Positions 9,205 to 18,224 of a stretch of DNA of 64,000 nt are shown here, piece by piece. Within the stretch, counting starts at the first letter, position 1. Every line of letters begins with the position of its first letter. Location of the stretch: the sequence record OQ718158.1. One strand, given 5' to 3'. A model generated the notes under the pieces. It worked only from the letters and a program-made list of their open reading frames with translations. It had not been told where the DNA came from and searched no databases. The translations under genes and the position numbers were made by a program.

Positions 9205-9549
9205 ATGTATAATTTAAATTTAATCTCATATATCATAACAACACTGTTTACTTTCTATACCTTTGTCGGTATACTCCTACTGTACTTTAAATTTTATAAA
9301 CTCTTTGACCGTTTATATCCATCATTGGAACATGAATTCTTATTGGTGATGTACATCTGTTTAACGTGTATGTCTACATTTTTCACTGTATTTGATGGTA
9401 TCATCGGTATTAAAGCTGAAGATCCAAATGGCAGTACACTTGTTGCCTTTATCCTGGTAGGATTCTTCGGTACTTATATCACTTTCATTTCAACATGGTC
9501 TGTGGTTGATTATCTCATTAGATTACGAGATAAAATGCCAAATCGATAG
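9205..9549 (+). CDS. 3-TM membrane protein, paralog family
   Basis: YFKFYKLFDRLYP, ends LRDKMPNR; start trimmed to ATG 9205. Confidence 0.8.
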   Translation: MYNLNLISYIITTLFTFYTFVGILLLYFKFYKLFDRLYPSLEHEFLLVMYICLTCMSTFFTVFDGIIGIKAEDPNGSTLVAFILVGFFGTYITFISTWSVVDYLIRLRDKMPNR

Positions 9550-9558
9550 GGGATTGCT

Positions 9559-9816
9559 ATGTTTGCATTGCGTAATAAAAATACAAAAGAGATTCTATGT
9601 ATCTCAACAGTATGGGATTGTGCAGGAAGTGAAATGATCCTCGAAGAAGGTTCAGGTGATTGTGTTTATGTTGTTCATGATCGTCGCGAACTGGAATCAT
9701 TACTTGATGAATTTAATGCTGGTGGAAATCCTAAAAGTACTCAATTCCCTGAGATCAGGAATCCAGCACCACCAGGCTCTTATGAAATTCTACAACTGTG
9801 GGAGATGGATAAGTAA
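9559..9816 (+). CDS. hypothetical protein (paralog of 11679)
   Basis: MFALRNK..YVVHD..L..LL..PE..YEILQL pattern shared with 11679. Confidence 0.7.
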   Translation: MFALRNKNTKEILCISTVWDCAGSEMILEEGSGDCVYVVHDRRELESLLDEFNAGGNPKSTQFPEIRNPAPPGSYEILQLWEMDK

Positions 9817-10196
9817 TGCGACAAATGCACAAAGTAACCGAGCTAAACAAGCGTCTGATTAAACAATCAATGTTTGAGGATAAAGAGTCTTACTATAACT
9901 TCAAACGTGCTGTAGAGGCTGCTATCCACATTCAGAAGCTTAAAGATAGTGGATGTATTATTCTCGAAAATGGTTCTGACGTTGTTACTGATGACTTCAG
10001 TGTAGCGTTTGATGTTTCACCTGATGGTTCGCTATCAATGCCACGCTTAGGGACTGGTGACATGACTGTGTGGGTAGGTTTCACTATGGGGAATGTACCA
10101 GGCACGGTGTATGTAGATGATGCTGAGTTGAAAGAAAGCTTTAAAAACTTATCGCATCTTGAACCACAATACGCACATGAAATGAATTTATTTTGA
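9816..10196 (+). CDS. hypothetical protein
   Basis: coupled TAATG junction. Confidence 0.7.
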   Translation: MRQMHKVTELNKRLIKQSMFEDKESYYNFKRAVEAAIHIQKLKDSGCIILENGSDVVTDDFSVAFDVSPDGSLSMPRLGTGDMTVWVGFTMGNVPGTVYVDDAELKESFKNLSHLEPQYAHEMNLF

Positions 10197-10197
10197 G

Positions 10198-10225
10198 TTG
10201 ACAAACTCATTCAGTACTGTATAAT
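10198..10225 (+). promoter_or_regulatory. sigma70 early promoter
   Basis: TTGACA-16-TATAAT with AGTACT abutting the -10; leader hairpin GGGGATG/CATCCCC follows. Confidence 0.8.
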
Positions 10226-10272
10226 GTTTATCAAGGGGATGAACTTCTCATCCCCACAATCGAGGAATTGTC

Positions 10273-10827
10273 ATGATTACTTTTAAGAAAACTGCTAACC
10301 ACATCCATGAGATCTACATTAACGGTCACAAAGCTGGCCTTCTTCGTTTACTCGCCCATCATCCGAATATTACCGTATCTGATAATGAACCTAAAGATTG
10401 GCGTGTATTTTTCTTTGGAAAGTACAGTGATTTTCAAGTATCAAACCTGAAGAACATTCGTTCAGTATGCACGTTAACTGAAATTAAAGAAAAGTTAACC
10501 AAAGCATTGAAAACTAATCCAGATGGTGTTCTTCCACCTGATAACTTTGTAGAGAAAGGATATGCCTTAGCTCATTTCAAAGATGGTACTATTCAATCTA
10601 TCAGTACTGAATATGAATATCAATGGACTGAGTACTTCACTTATGGATCGCGTAATACATTGATGGCTTCACGTAGTAAATTGGAAGAAGTACTGACTCG
10701 TATGAATGAACGCGAGCGTCAGTACTATGACAAACCAGAAATGTGGAGTTCAACTTACATTGACCGTATTGACTATGTTATTATGACTCCAATCTTTGAC
10801 ACTGCTTACTATGATTCTTTGAAATAA
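10273..10827 (+). CDS. hypothetical protein
   Basis: GAGGA SD, 184 aa. Confidence 0.75.
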   Translation: MITFKKTANHIHEIYINGHKAGLLRLLAHHPNITVSDNEPKDWRVFFFGKYSDFQVSNLKNIRSVCTLTEIKEKLTKALKTNPDGVLPPDNFVEKGYALAHFKDGTIQSISTEYEYQWTEYFTYGSRNTLMASRSKLEEVLTRMNERERQYYDKPEMWSSTYIDRIDYVIMTPIFDTAYYDSLK

Positions 10828-10838
10828 GGATAACTTAT

Positions 10839-11015
10839 ATGAAACTACGTACTCGTAATCGACTGATGGATGCACTGTACCATGAACAGCTTTCACTGAA
10901 TGAAGTGAAGCGACAGTTAATGTACACATATCTGTTACCCGCTCGCATTGCAAAACAACGTGCTAAAGAATTGCTGAAAGAAGCAATCGAGTACTGGGAA
11001 TCTGATTCGTACTAA
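10839..11015 (+). CDS. hypothetical protein (58 aa)
   Basis: AAGGA SD; MKLRTRNRLMDALY..., translated by hand. Confidence 0.6.
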   Translation: MKLRTRNRLMDALYHEQLSLNEVKRQLMYTYLLPARIAKQRAKELLKEAIEYWESDSY

Positions 11016-11043
11016 TTGTCACGTTAATTAAGTGAGGCGATAA

Positions 11044-11295
11044 ATGAAAATTTTATTAGTTCTAATACTACTAATTGTTTTACCATTTACGTTAGTATCC
11101 CCTGAACTTGCATGGAATGTGTTTGTGTACTTACTATGTACTATGATAGTAAATGGTATCTTGTTCTTAGTTCTATTCATAAATGGAATAGGACACGGTG
11201 GAGGATGGACCAGTACTGCTGATATTGTACATAAAACCACTATGTCTTTATTTGTAGTGTGGAATTTATTCTGGACTTGGTTTGTGTTCTTCTAA
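11044..11295 (+). CDS. hypothetical membrane protein
   Basis: three hydrophobic segments, GAGG SD. Confidence 0.7.
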   Translation: MKILLVLILLIVLPFTLVSPELAWNVFVYLLCTMIVNGILFLVLFINGIGHGGGWTSTADIVHKTTMSLFVVWNLFWTWFVFF

Positions 11296-11305
11296 TTAAA
11301 AAAAT

Positions 11306-11677
11306 ATGAATATAGATTTGAAAGGTGCAACACGAACTGTCATACTCATTGGGGAATATGCTATCAAGATTCCAACCTTTAAAAGTTGGAAGCTATTCTT
11401 AACAGGGATGATAGCTAACCTCAATGAACGTTCGTGGATGCAGTACTCCAAGCGTAGTGATACTGGTATCTGTCCTACTTTGTGGTCATCATGTACTGGA
11501 CTAGTAACTGTACAGAAACGTTGTAAGCCAGTACAACATAGGGGTTTATTTTGGGTGGAGTTGTGTGCTTTAGCATTGAATTCAGAGTTAAGTACTGACT
11601 TCTTCTATTCAGATGCGAAGCCAGAAAACTTTGGGTATCTGTGTGGTAAGTTGGTTAAACTTGATTATGGAGATTAA
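11306..11677 (+). CDS. minimal protein-kinase-like protein
   Basis: KGATRTV (Gly loop), YAIKIP (VAIK Lys), SDAKPENFG (catalytic loop), KLDYG (DFG-like). Confidence 0.7.
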   Translation: MNIDLKGATRTVILIGEYAIKIPTFKSWKLFLTGMIANLNERSWMQYSKRSDTGICPTLWSSCTGLVTVQKRCKPVQHRGLFWVELCALALNSELSTDFFYSDAKPENFGYLCGKLVKLDYGD

Positions 11678-11678
11678 T

Positions 11679-11948
11679 ATGTACGCATTGTATAATAAAG
11701 AAAAGAAACGATTTGCTAAGGTTGAAATTTCGATTGATACATTTGATATGTTGGAGTACTGTATTGTAACGGACTTATATGCTAACTTGTATTACGTTCT
11801 TGATGACGTATCAGTACTGCAACGATTGCTTGAGAATTCCAAAAGTCAATGCCAGGGCATCCATGATGGTTCATCTTATGAAACACCTGAGTGTTCCTAC
11901 GGCTATCTGGACGGGTATGAGATTGTGAAGTTGGGGATTGTTGAATAA
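11679..11948 (+). CDS. hypothetical protein (paralog of 9559)
   Basis: ATG 11679 after GGAG; MYALYNK...YEIVKL. Confidence 0.7.
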   Translation: MYALYNKEKKRFAKVEISIDTFDMLEYCIVTDLYANLYYVLDDVSVLQRLLENSKSQCQGIHDGSSYETPECSYGYLDGYEIVKLGIVE

Positions 11949-11960
11949 ATGGATTAAACA

Positions 11961-12374
11961 ATGAAGAAGTGTATCACGTGTAATATTGAAAAAGACATTA
12001 GTGAATTTGGTATAAGAAGTGATACTGGGAAACATAGAAATACATGCAAAGGTTGTAGTAATATTACCAGTAAGAAAACCAGAAATAAAAAAACTGATGT
12101 CAAAAAACTTGAAGAAATCAAAAGAAAAAATAAAGATTTCATGACCAGAGTTAAATCATTTTATGGTTGTAGTGTTTGTATGATGAAGTATCCAGAATGT
12201 TTAGACTTTCACCATCTTGACCCTAATACCAAAGAACATACACCAAGTTCTATGTTCAGTAAAAGTCGAGATGCTATCAAAGATGAAATTCGAAAGTGTA
12301 TGATTCTTTGTTCTAATCACCATCGCATGGTACATTCTGGTAGACTATGTTTGATTGAAAGAAAAAAGGGTTGA
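11961..12374 (+). CDS. HNH endonuclease, free-standing homing type
   Basis: CxxC motifs, CLDFHHLDP...EIRKCMILCSNHHRMVH. Confidence 0.85.
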   Translation: MKKCITCNIEKDISEFGIRSDTGKHRNTCKGCSNITSKKTRNKKTDVKKLEEIKRKNKDFMTRVKSFYGCSVCMMKYPECLDFHHLDPNTKEHTPSSMFSKSRDAIKDEIRKCMILCSNHHRMVHSGRLCLIERKKG

Positions 12375-12400
12375 CTTCGGTCAGCCCTTTTTGCTATAAT
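12367..12400 (+). promoter_or_regulatory. terminator/sigma70 promoter fusion cassette
   Basis: AGGGTTGACTTCGGTCAGCCCTTTTTGCTATAAT. Confidence 0.9.
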
Positions 12401-12428
12401 CATTTCATCGAAACGAGAGGATGAATAC

Positions 12429-12944
12429 ATGACACGCATTAACTTAGTACACGTTAAAGAACTTGCTGACCAACATCTGATGGCTGAATATCGTGAACTC
12501 CCACGTGTGTTTGGTGCTGTACAAAAACATGTTCAAGCACGTAAGCGAGTCCGTGATTTCAAAATTAACAGTACTTACCTGTTAGGTTCAGGTCATGTAA
12601 CATTCTTCTACAACAAGTTATTGTACTTACAGAAGCGTCATATTGATATTGTTAACGAATGTTTGCGTCGTGGTATGAAGATTCAAAACACTGAAGTAAA
12701 CGACATTAGCGGATTCCCTGCTGAGTTTTGTAATGACTACGTACCATCGGAGTCAGAGATTAAAATGTCTCGTGAGCGTTTGATTGAGAAGCTCCAGATG
12801 AAGCCTACGTGGTATAAATTTACTGACGTTGAACGCCCACAGTACGTTAAAGATATGCAGGACGTAAGTAGTAATATAGAATCTAGTACTGATATGTTAG
12901 ACGAAATTGAAGAACAAATCAAAGATGAAATGAATAATTATTAA
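12429..12944 (+). CDS. denV: pyrimidine dimer DNA glycosylase / endonuclease V
   Basis: [35 protein letters not shown] is near-identical to T4 DenV; extra acidic C-terminal tail. Confidence 0.97.
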   Translation: MTRINLVHVKELADQHLMAEYRELPRVFGAVQKHVQARKRVRDFKINSTYLLGSGHVTFFYNKLLYLQKRHIDIVNECLRRGMKIQNTEVNDISGFPAEFCNDYVPSESEIKMSRERLIEKLQMKPTWYKFTDVERPQYVKDMQDVSSNIESSTDMLDEIEEQIKDEMNNY

Positions 12945-12982
12945 AGGTAAGGGTTAACTTCGGTCACACAAAGGAACATAAC

Positions 12983-13177
12983 ATGTTATTAGTATATTCA
13001 AAGCGTTTCTGGATTTCTTTTATTGTACTATCGCTTATCGGCTTCGGTGTGAGTATACTCTTTTCGTGGGATGAATTGGGTACATGGTATTATGAAGTTC
13101 CGTGGTACATGAAGATAGCTCCTTGTTATGCGGCATTGTTCGTGTCATTCCTTATTGTTGTCTTCAGCGAGGATTAG
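12983..13177 (+). CDS. small 2-TM membrane protein
   Basis: AAGGA SD, two hydrophobic segments. Confidence 0.7.
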   Translation: MLLVYSKRFWISFIVLSLIGFGVSILFSWDELGTWYYEVPWYMKIAPCYAALFVSFLIVVFSED

Positions 13178-13283
13178 TTGATGTAGTAGGTGCTACACCA
13201 AAGTATTTGGATATTTGAGATATAAACATTGACACCTGTTCTATCTTTCTGTATTATGTACATCACCAAATGAGGAATACCAC

Positions 13284-13643
13284 ATGGCATCTTTAAGTGA
13301 AATCGCGGAATACAACCCACTAACAATCTCAACAATTCAACGTACAAAAACTTTTTATTTCCGTCCTGCTGATGGATGGAAACGTGGAATGAATGGTGAC
13401 TATCGAGTACTGGAAGATGCACTCGTCGAGCGTATCAACTCTGAACTACATAAGTATGAAGGTGTTAAAGTTGTGCGTTCAACTTCTCGTTATTTTGAGT
13501 ACTACATTGAGTCTTCAACTGTAAATGAAAACTCATCATTCTCGGTGGATAACACTGATATTCTTCGCAATGCAGTTGGTCTGTTATGCAACATTGCTGA
13601 GGAAATGGGATTAACTATTACTACAATGAGTGAATTAGAATGA
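13284..13643 (+). CDS. hypothetical protein
   Basis: GAGGA SD. Confidence 0.7.
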   Translation: MASLSEIAEYNPLTISTIQRTKTFYFRPADGWKRGMNGDYRVLEDALVERINSELHKYEGVKVVRSTSRYFEYYIESSTVNENSSFSVDNTDILRNAVGLLCNIAEEMGLTITTMSELE

Positions 13644-13837
13644 TTAAAACTTTTATTCTTACTATGGTATTTGGGTCTTATGGGTATGGTGGTGGTGTAG
13701 CAACAGTTGAGTATCCATTATACGAAGATTGTAAGGCCGCCGCTGAAGTGTTTGTAAAAACAACCAAAGATTTAGCAACTGTCACTGATGCAAAAGCTTG
13801 GTGTACAACTAAAAATACACCAGAAACTAAGAAATAA
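13640..13837 (+). CDS. small exported/membrane protein
   Basis: hydrophobic N-terminus, C..AA..C pattern. Confidence 0.65.
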   Translation: MIKTFILTMVFGSYGYGGGVATVEYPLYEDCKAAAEVFVKTTKDLATVTDAKAWCTTKNTPETKK

Positions 13838-13844
13838 AAAATAA

Positions 13845-13878
13845 AGGGTTGACTTCGGTCAGCCCTTTTTGCTATAAT
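13845..13878 (+). promoter_or_regulatory. terminator/sigma70 promoter fusion cassette
   Basis: AGGGTTGACTTCGGTCAGCCCTTTTTGCTATAAT. Confidence 0.9.
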
Positions 13879-13904
13879 TATTTCATCAACTGATGAGGTA
13901 ACAA

Positions 13905-14141
13905 ATGAAACTATCTTTTATACGATTAGCTGAATTTTTCGGTACTAATGTAATTACTCTACAACAAATCGCAGATAATACATCATTAACTACTCAAGAA
14001 GTACTTGACTTAGATGTAATTCAGTGCGATAATACTTCCATCGATTACAAAGAAGGTCTTGTCGAAAAAGATAAGATTCAAGCTAAGATTAATGGTGCTG
14101 GACGGGTTCAGTACTGGAAAGGAGTTTTAAGTAATGTATAA
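13905..14141 (+). CDS. hypothetical protein
   Basis: GAGGT SD after promoter. Confidence 0.7.
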   Translation: MKLSFIRLAEFFGTNVITLQQIADNTSLTTQEVLDLDVIQCDNTSIDYKEGLVEKDKIQAKINGAGRVQYWKGVLSNV

Positions 14142-15249
14142 ATTTTATTTTAATGACGATGGTGAAAAAGTTTATTTCCACGAAGAACTTGGTATGCGTT
14201 TTGAATGGATGCACGCGGAAGACATTGAACAATTTTCTTGTGGAAAAACTGCCAAAGACCACGTTGATGACATAGAGGCATCATTCTATGATTTAGGAAT
14301 AACTGATATCACAATTTTGGGTATTGGTGTGTCAAACGCAGCTGAATTTGGTATTTCTGGAAATTCACATGCTAAAATCGTCTTAAAAAAAGACGATATC
14401 ATCTATAATAATTATAAAATAACTGCTTTTAAAACAAAGCTTAATAAGTTGTCAGAAGGTGATGGTATTAAGTTATCTTTTTCATACACAAATGATAATT
14501 ATTACTATTACGTAACCAAACTTGCAAAATTACAATCTAAAAACTGTCATATACATCCAAATGAAATAATTGATAATGGAATTTCATCTAAAATAAAATT
14601 CACATATAGTGATGGTGTAACTGTACCTAGAAGAATAAATGATATATTGACAAAAACTAAAATTAATGTGAGTTATTTTGTAGATGATGATATTAGAGAT
14701 GGGGTAGCTTTAAATCGATGTAGAGAATTGAAATATCATTTTCAGTCTATTTACAAGCATGAGAATGGACGATACTTTGTAAAATATGAGTGTACTAGAG
14801 GTCATCAATGTGATCAAGACTATCATGCATTTACTGGTACAGCGAAGCAATCATGTGGTGTGTGTTCTAAACTTAAGACACACTCATATGGTCATAATGA
14901 TACCATGAAATTTTTAAGGAATTTGCATATTACAATAACGGAAAAAACTTTCAATGATTTGAAAGATAAAATGAAACTTCCATATGATTTTTATGTGAAA
15001 GATTTAAATGCGTTGATAGAATATGACGGTAGTGATCATTTTAAAAATAAGTCATCTCGAAACAATTTTATTGATCGTCAGAAGAAAGATAAAATGAAAA
15101 CGGAGTACGCAATCAACAATGGATATAACTTCCTACGAATTGCATATTATGAAGGTCATCTTGAAGTACTGGAATCTTTCCTGAAACTCATCGAAGAGAA
15201 CCCAGGAAAGCAAATCGTACAGATTTATGGTGATGTGAAAATCATCTAA
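14134..15249 (+). CDS. putative homing endonuclease with C-terminal DUF559/Vsr-like PD-(D/E)xK domain
   Basis: C..GH..C..C Zn motif; LPYDFY..LIEYDG..HF..D..K..YA..NG..FLRI. Confidence 0.75.
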   Translation: MYKFYFNDDGEKVYFHEELGMRFEWMHAEDIEQFSCGKTAKDHVDDIEASFYDLGITDITILGIGVSNAAEFGISGNSHAKIVLKKDDIIYNNYKITAFKTKLNKLSEGDGIKLSFSYTNDNYYYYVTKLAKLQSKNCHIHPNEIIDNGISSKIKFTYSDGVTVPRRINDILTKTKINVSYFVDDDIRDGVALNRCRELKYHFQSIYKHENGRYFVKYECTRGHQCDQDYHAFTGTAKQSCGVCSKLKTHSYGHNDTMKFLRNLHITITEKTFNDLKDKMKLPYDFYVKDLNALIEYDGSDHFKNKSSRNNFIDRQKKDKMKTEYAINNGYNFLRIAYYEGHLEVLESFLKLIEENPGKQIVQIYGDVKII

Positions 15250-15256
15250 AACAAAA

Positions 15257-15290
15257 AGGGTTGACTTCGGTCAGCCCTTTTTGCTATAAT
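15257..15290 (+). promoter_or_regulatory. terminator/sigma70 promoter fusion cassette
   Basis: AGGGTTGACTTCGGTCAGCCCTTTTTGCTATAAT. Confidence 0.9.
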
Positions 15291-15318
15291 CATTTCATCA
15301 ACTGATGAGGATAACGAA

Positions 15319-16089
15319 ATGACCAGAGAAGCACGTAGCATTCAAATCCAGAAAAACTTCAACTCCATGATGGTTGCTCTTGAGTGTTTGCTCGACGATA
15401 ACAGTACTGTAAAAAGTATGGTTGTCAGCGGTGCACCTGGTGTTGGTAAGACTTACACCCTGTCACAACGCCTCCAGAAAGCTCATGACGCAGCAGAATG
15501 GAACGTAGCTACTATCAGTGGTAAGATGACTACTCTTGCTCTGTACGAAGTTCTGTACAAGAATCGTCACAGCACTAACGTATTAGTACTGGATGATATG
15601 GACAGCATCTTTGATTCAGAAGACGGTATGAACCTGCTCAAAGCAGTACTGGACAGCGGTAAACGTACTGTGTCTTACATGACTAGCTCTAAGTACTTAA
15701 CTACCAACGGTATCCCTAACAGCTTTGATTTTAACGGTCGTATCGTATTCATTACTAACAAAGATTTAGCACTGAATGCTAAAGCTAAAACCAAAATGTC
15801 TGCTCACTATGCTGCTCTTATGTCTCGCTCTGTGTATGTTGACTTACAGATCCAGACTAAAAGCGATATCATGATTCACATTGAAAACGTAATGAACAAG
15901 ACCAACATCCTGTCAACTAAAGGTGTTAATAGTAATGGTAGCAAAGCAATCCTGAATTGGATGCTGAAACATGAAGATGCACTTCGTGCCCCTTCACTGC
16001 GTATGCCTCTGTTGATTTCAGCAGTATACAACAACAACCCGTATGATTGGGAAGAGCAGTGCGAAAACTTGTTCCTTGAGAAAATTTAA
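15319..16089 (+). CDS. AAA+ family ATPase
   Basis: Walker A GAPGVGKT, Walker B VLVLDDMD, sensor-1-like FITN, SRS arginine finger. Confidence 0.85.
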   Translation: MTREARSIQIQKNFNSMMVALECLLDDNSTVKSMVVSGAPGVGKTYTLSQRLQKAHDAAEWNVATISGKMTTLALYEVLYKNRHSTNVLVLDDMDSIFDSEDGMNLLKAVLDSGKRTVSYMTSSKYLTTNGIPNSFDFNGRIVFITNKDLALNAKAKTKMSAHYAALMSRSVYVDLQIQTKSDIMIHIENVMNKTNILSTKGVNSNGSKAILNWMLKHEDALRAPSLRMPLLISAVYNNNPYDWEEQCENLFLEKI

Positions 16090-16098
16090 TTACATGTA

Positions 16099-16127
16099 TT
16101 GACAGCACTACACTATGGTAGTACTAT
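16099..16127 (+). promoter_or_regulatory. sigma70 early promoter
   Basis: TTGACA-17-TACTAT upstream of the membrane-protein array. Confidence 0.75.
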
Positions 16128-16156
16128 AACTTAATATTCACCACCGGAGATACGAT

Positions 16157-16495
16157 ATGCTTGAGTTTTTTAATTCAGATACAATGCTTAGTATTACTTT
16201 GATTTATCTGTTTGGTTTTTTCTTTTATCATGCACTAGTTGTAGTACTATGGTATTTTAAAAAGAAAATTGTTTTCAAACTGTATCCTGATGGAAATATT
16301 TCACTACTTCTTTTCACTATTATCCAAGGTATGTTTGCAATTGTTGGTCTTATCGCACACTTAATTTATTGTGCTAATCCACAGTTGAACTCAATATCAC
16401 AATATATTGTTTTCCTTGGATTACTAATTTGGGTGCTGATATACTTGTTTAATCTCATCATTAATGGTAGAGCAAAAATTCGTGGGGACTTCTAA
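16157..16495 (+). CDS. 3-TM membrane protein, paralog family
   Basis: LWYFKKK..KLYP; three TM segments. Confidence 0.8.
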   Translation: MLEFFNSDTMLSITLIYLFGFFFYHALVVVLWYFKKKIVFKLYPDGNISLLLFTIIQGMFAIVGLIAHLIYCANPQLNSISQYIVFLGLLIWVLIYLFNLIINGRAKIRGDF

Positions 16496-16842
16496 TGTTT
16501 GAATCTTATCTTGAGTTTTTAAAGAGTAGTTCTGTTGCACATTCAATTGCAGGGATTATTCTAACAGGTTATGTAACATTTTGGGTAGTTATGTTTCTAG
16601 GATGGTATTTTAAACGACAATTCTATAAGCGTAATGGTGAAGATTTTATGAATTCTTTCATTAATCAATCGTTGTTTGCATCAACATTGATAGCATGTAT
16701 TGTAGCAACACTCACAGGAAAGGTACTGCCAGCATTCTCCGCAGTTTACGGTACATTGGGTATGATATGTGTAGTTTTTTACTTGACCATTAAACTTTGT
16801 TGTGTTATGATTGAACTTCGAAACAAGATACCGGAGGAATGA
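16495..16842 (+). CDS. 3-TM membrane protein, paralog family
   Basis: GWYFKR; ends LRNKIPEE. Confidence 0.8.
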   Translation: MFESYLEFLKSSSVAHSIAGIILTGYVTFWVVMFLGWYFKRQFYKRNGEDFMNSFINQSLFASTLIACIVATLTGKVLPAFSAVYGTLGMICVVFYLTIKLCCVMIELRNKIPEE

Positions 16843-17177
16843 TGGAATATTTTTTACACTTACTGCCGTGGTATATGAAAGTTAGTACTATGTACTATAT
16901 TCTTAGTGCTGGATTCTACTTTCTGATGTGGTTCTTCAAACGACCAATTTCAGTATTCATCTCTGATAACATGCTGCAATTAAAATTACACGCATGGTTT
17001 TTTATGGCGATGTTTATGCCTATTATTCACTACTCAATGATTAGTAGAGGTTTACGTTCTAATGGTGAACCAATTATATTAGTATTCTATTGGGGTTCAA
17101 CTATTGCATATGTAAGTTTGTTGTTGATCCCAGCCGTTCATAAATTGCGTTCTAAAGTTCCTGATGCGAGGTACTAA
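16839..17177 (+). CDS. 3-TM membrane protein, paralog family
   Basis: MWFFKRP; ends LRSKVPDARY. Confidence 0.8.
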   Translation: MMEYFLHLLPWYMKVSTMYYILSAGFYFLMWFFKRPISVFISDNMLQLKLHAWFFMAMFMPIIHYSMISRGLRSNGEPIILVFYWGSTIAYVSLLLIPAVHKLRSKVPDARY

Positions 17178-17491
17178 TGGATATCGTAACATTGATTTAC
17201 ACGTTGTATTCATTCTATTTTATTATGTGTTGGGTTGGATTTTTATTTGTACTGAAAATGTTTGATTATGTTGAAAAACAGATAAAAGAATTTTGTATTC
17301 CTTTTATTGGGTCAACCATAATTAGTATTACTTGTTTGTATTATTTGGTATGTGATCCACCTGTTAATACAGCAATGATTGACTTCATGTTATTACCAAC
17401 AACTGTTATTTTTTTATGTAGTCTGATGCCACCGATTAGTCGTGGGCTAACCGAATTTAGACGCAATCAAAAGCGTAAACGAGGGATGTGA
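17177..17491 (+). CDS. 3-TM membrane protein, paralog family
   Basis: three TM segments, basic tail. Confidence 0.75.
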   Translation: MDIVTLIYTLYSFYFIMCWVGFLFVLKMFDYVEKQIKEFCIPFIGSTIISITCLYYLVCDPPVNTAMIDFMLLPTTVIFLCSLMPPISRGLTEFRRNQKRKRGM

Positions 17492-17859
17492 TGGAAATTG
17501 CACTTATTATATTAACTGCTATGTTGTTTATTAGTACAATTGTTATTATTGGCAAGTTCTTCTGTGTATCCTTCTTGGAAACCGTATACGATGAAATTGC
17601 TGATGATTATGAATTACATGCGGGATTTTTTACTACGTATTGGATTAGTTTATTACTACTTATCACTGTATGGATTTTACATATATTCAAATGGGGTATG
17701 GTAGATGGTGATCCAGTACTGGCAATTATCTGTGTAGTGTTTGGTCTACTCGGTGGTGCTGTCCATAATCTGATGGTAATTTGGCAAACCGTACAATATG
17801 TATTAGTTCCACATTTTCAGAGAATGCACCAAAGCATCAAATACCGCAAACGAGGATAA
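17488..17859 (+). CDS. 3-TM membrane protein, paralog family
   Basis: three TM segments, basic tail. Confidence 0.75.
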   Translation: MMEIALIILTAMLFISTIVIIGKFFCVSFLETVYDEIADDYELHAGFFTTYWISLLLLITVWILHIFKWGMVDGDPVLAIICVVFGLLGGAVHNLMVIWQTVQYVLVPHFQRMHQSIKYRKRG

Positions 17860-17860
17860 C

Positions 17861-18223
17861 ATGAATAATATTGAATTATCTTTTATTGGTCAATTAATGG
17901 TAATGGCGTATACATTTATCTTCTCACTGAATGCATTCGTGTGCATTGGGAAGTACTTCCATAAGCGACCATTATCAAATATATATGATGTAATACAAAG
18001 GAGATATAGTCCAGCATATACTGTGTTGAGTACAGCATTCAATTTTGGTTTTATTCTAATGCTGGTTGCATTATTAACATCGAGTTCGAATTTTATAACA
18101 TTTGGTATTATGGTATGTTCACTAACACTGTGTGTGGTTATTCTCTGTGCATCAGTTGAGTTGATGGCGTGGATGTATAATAAGATTTCCGAAATCCATG
18201 AGCGTTTAGGTAAGAGGAACTAA
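17861..18223 (+). CDS. 3-TM membrane protein, paralog family
   Basis: GKYFHKRP; three TM segments. Confidence 0.75.
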   Translation: MNNIELSFIGQLMVMAYTFIFSLNAFVCIGKYFHKRPLSNIYDVIQRRYSPAYTVLSTAFNFGFILMLVALLTSSSNFITFGIMVCSLTLCVVILCASVELMAWMYNKISEIHERLGKRN

Positions 18224-18224
18224 A

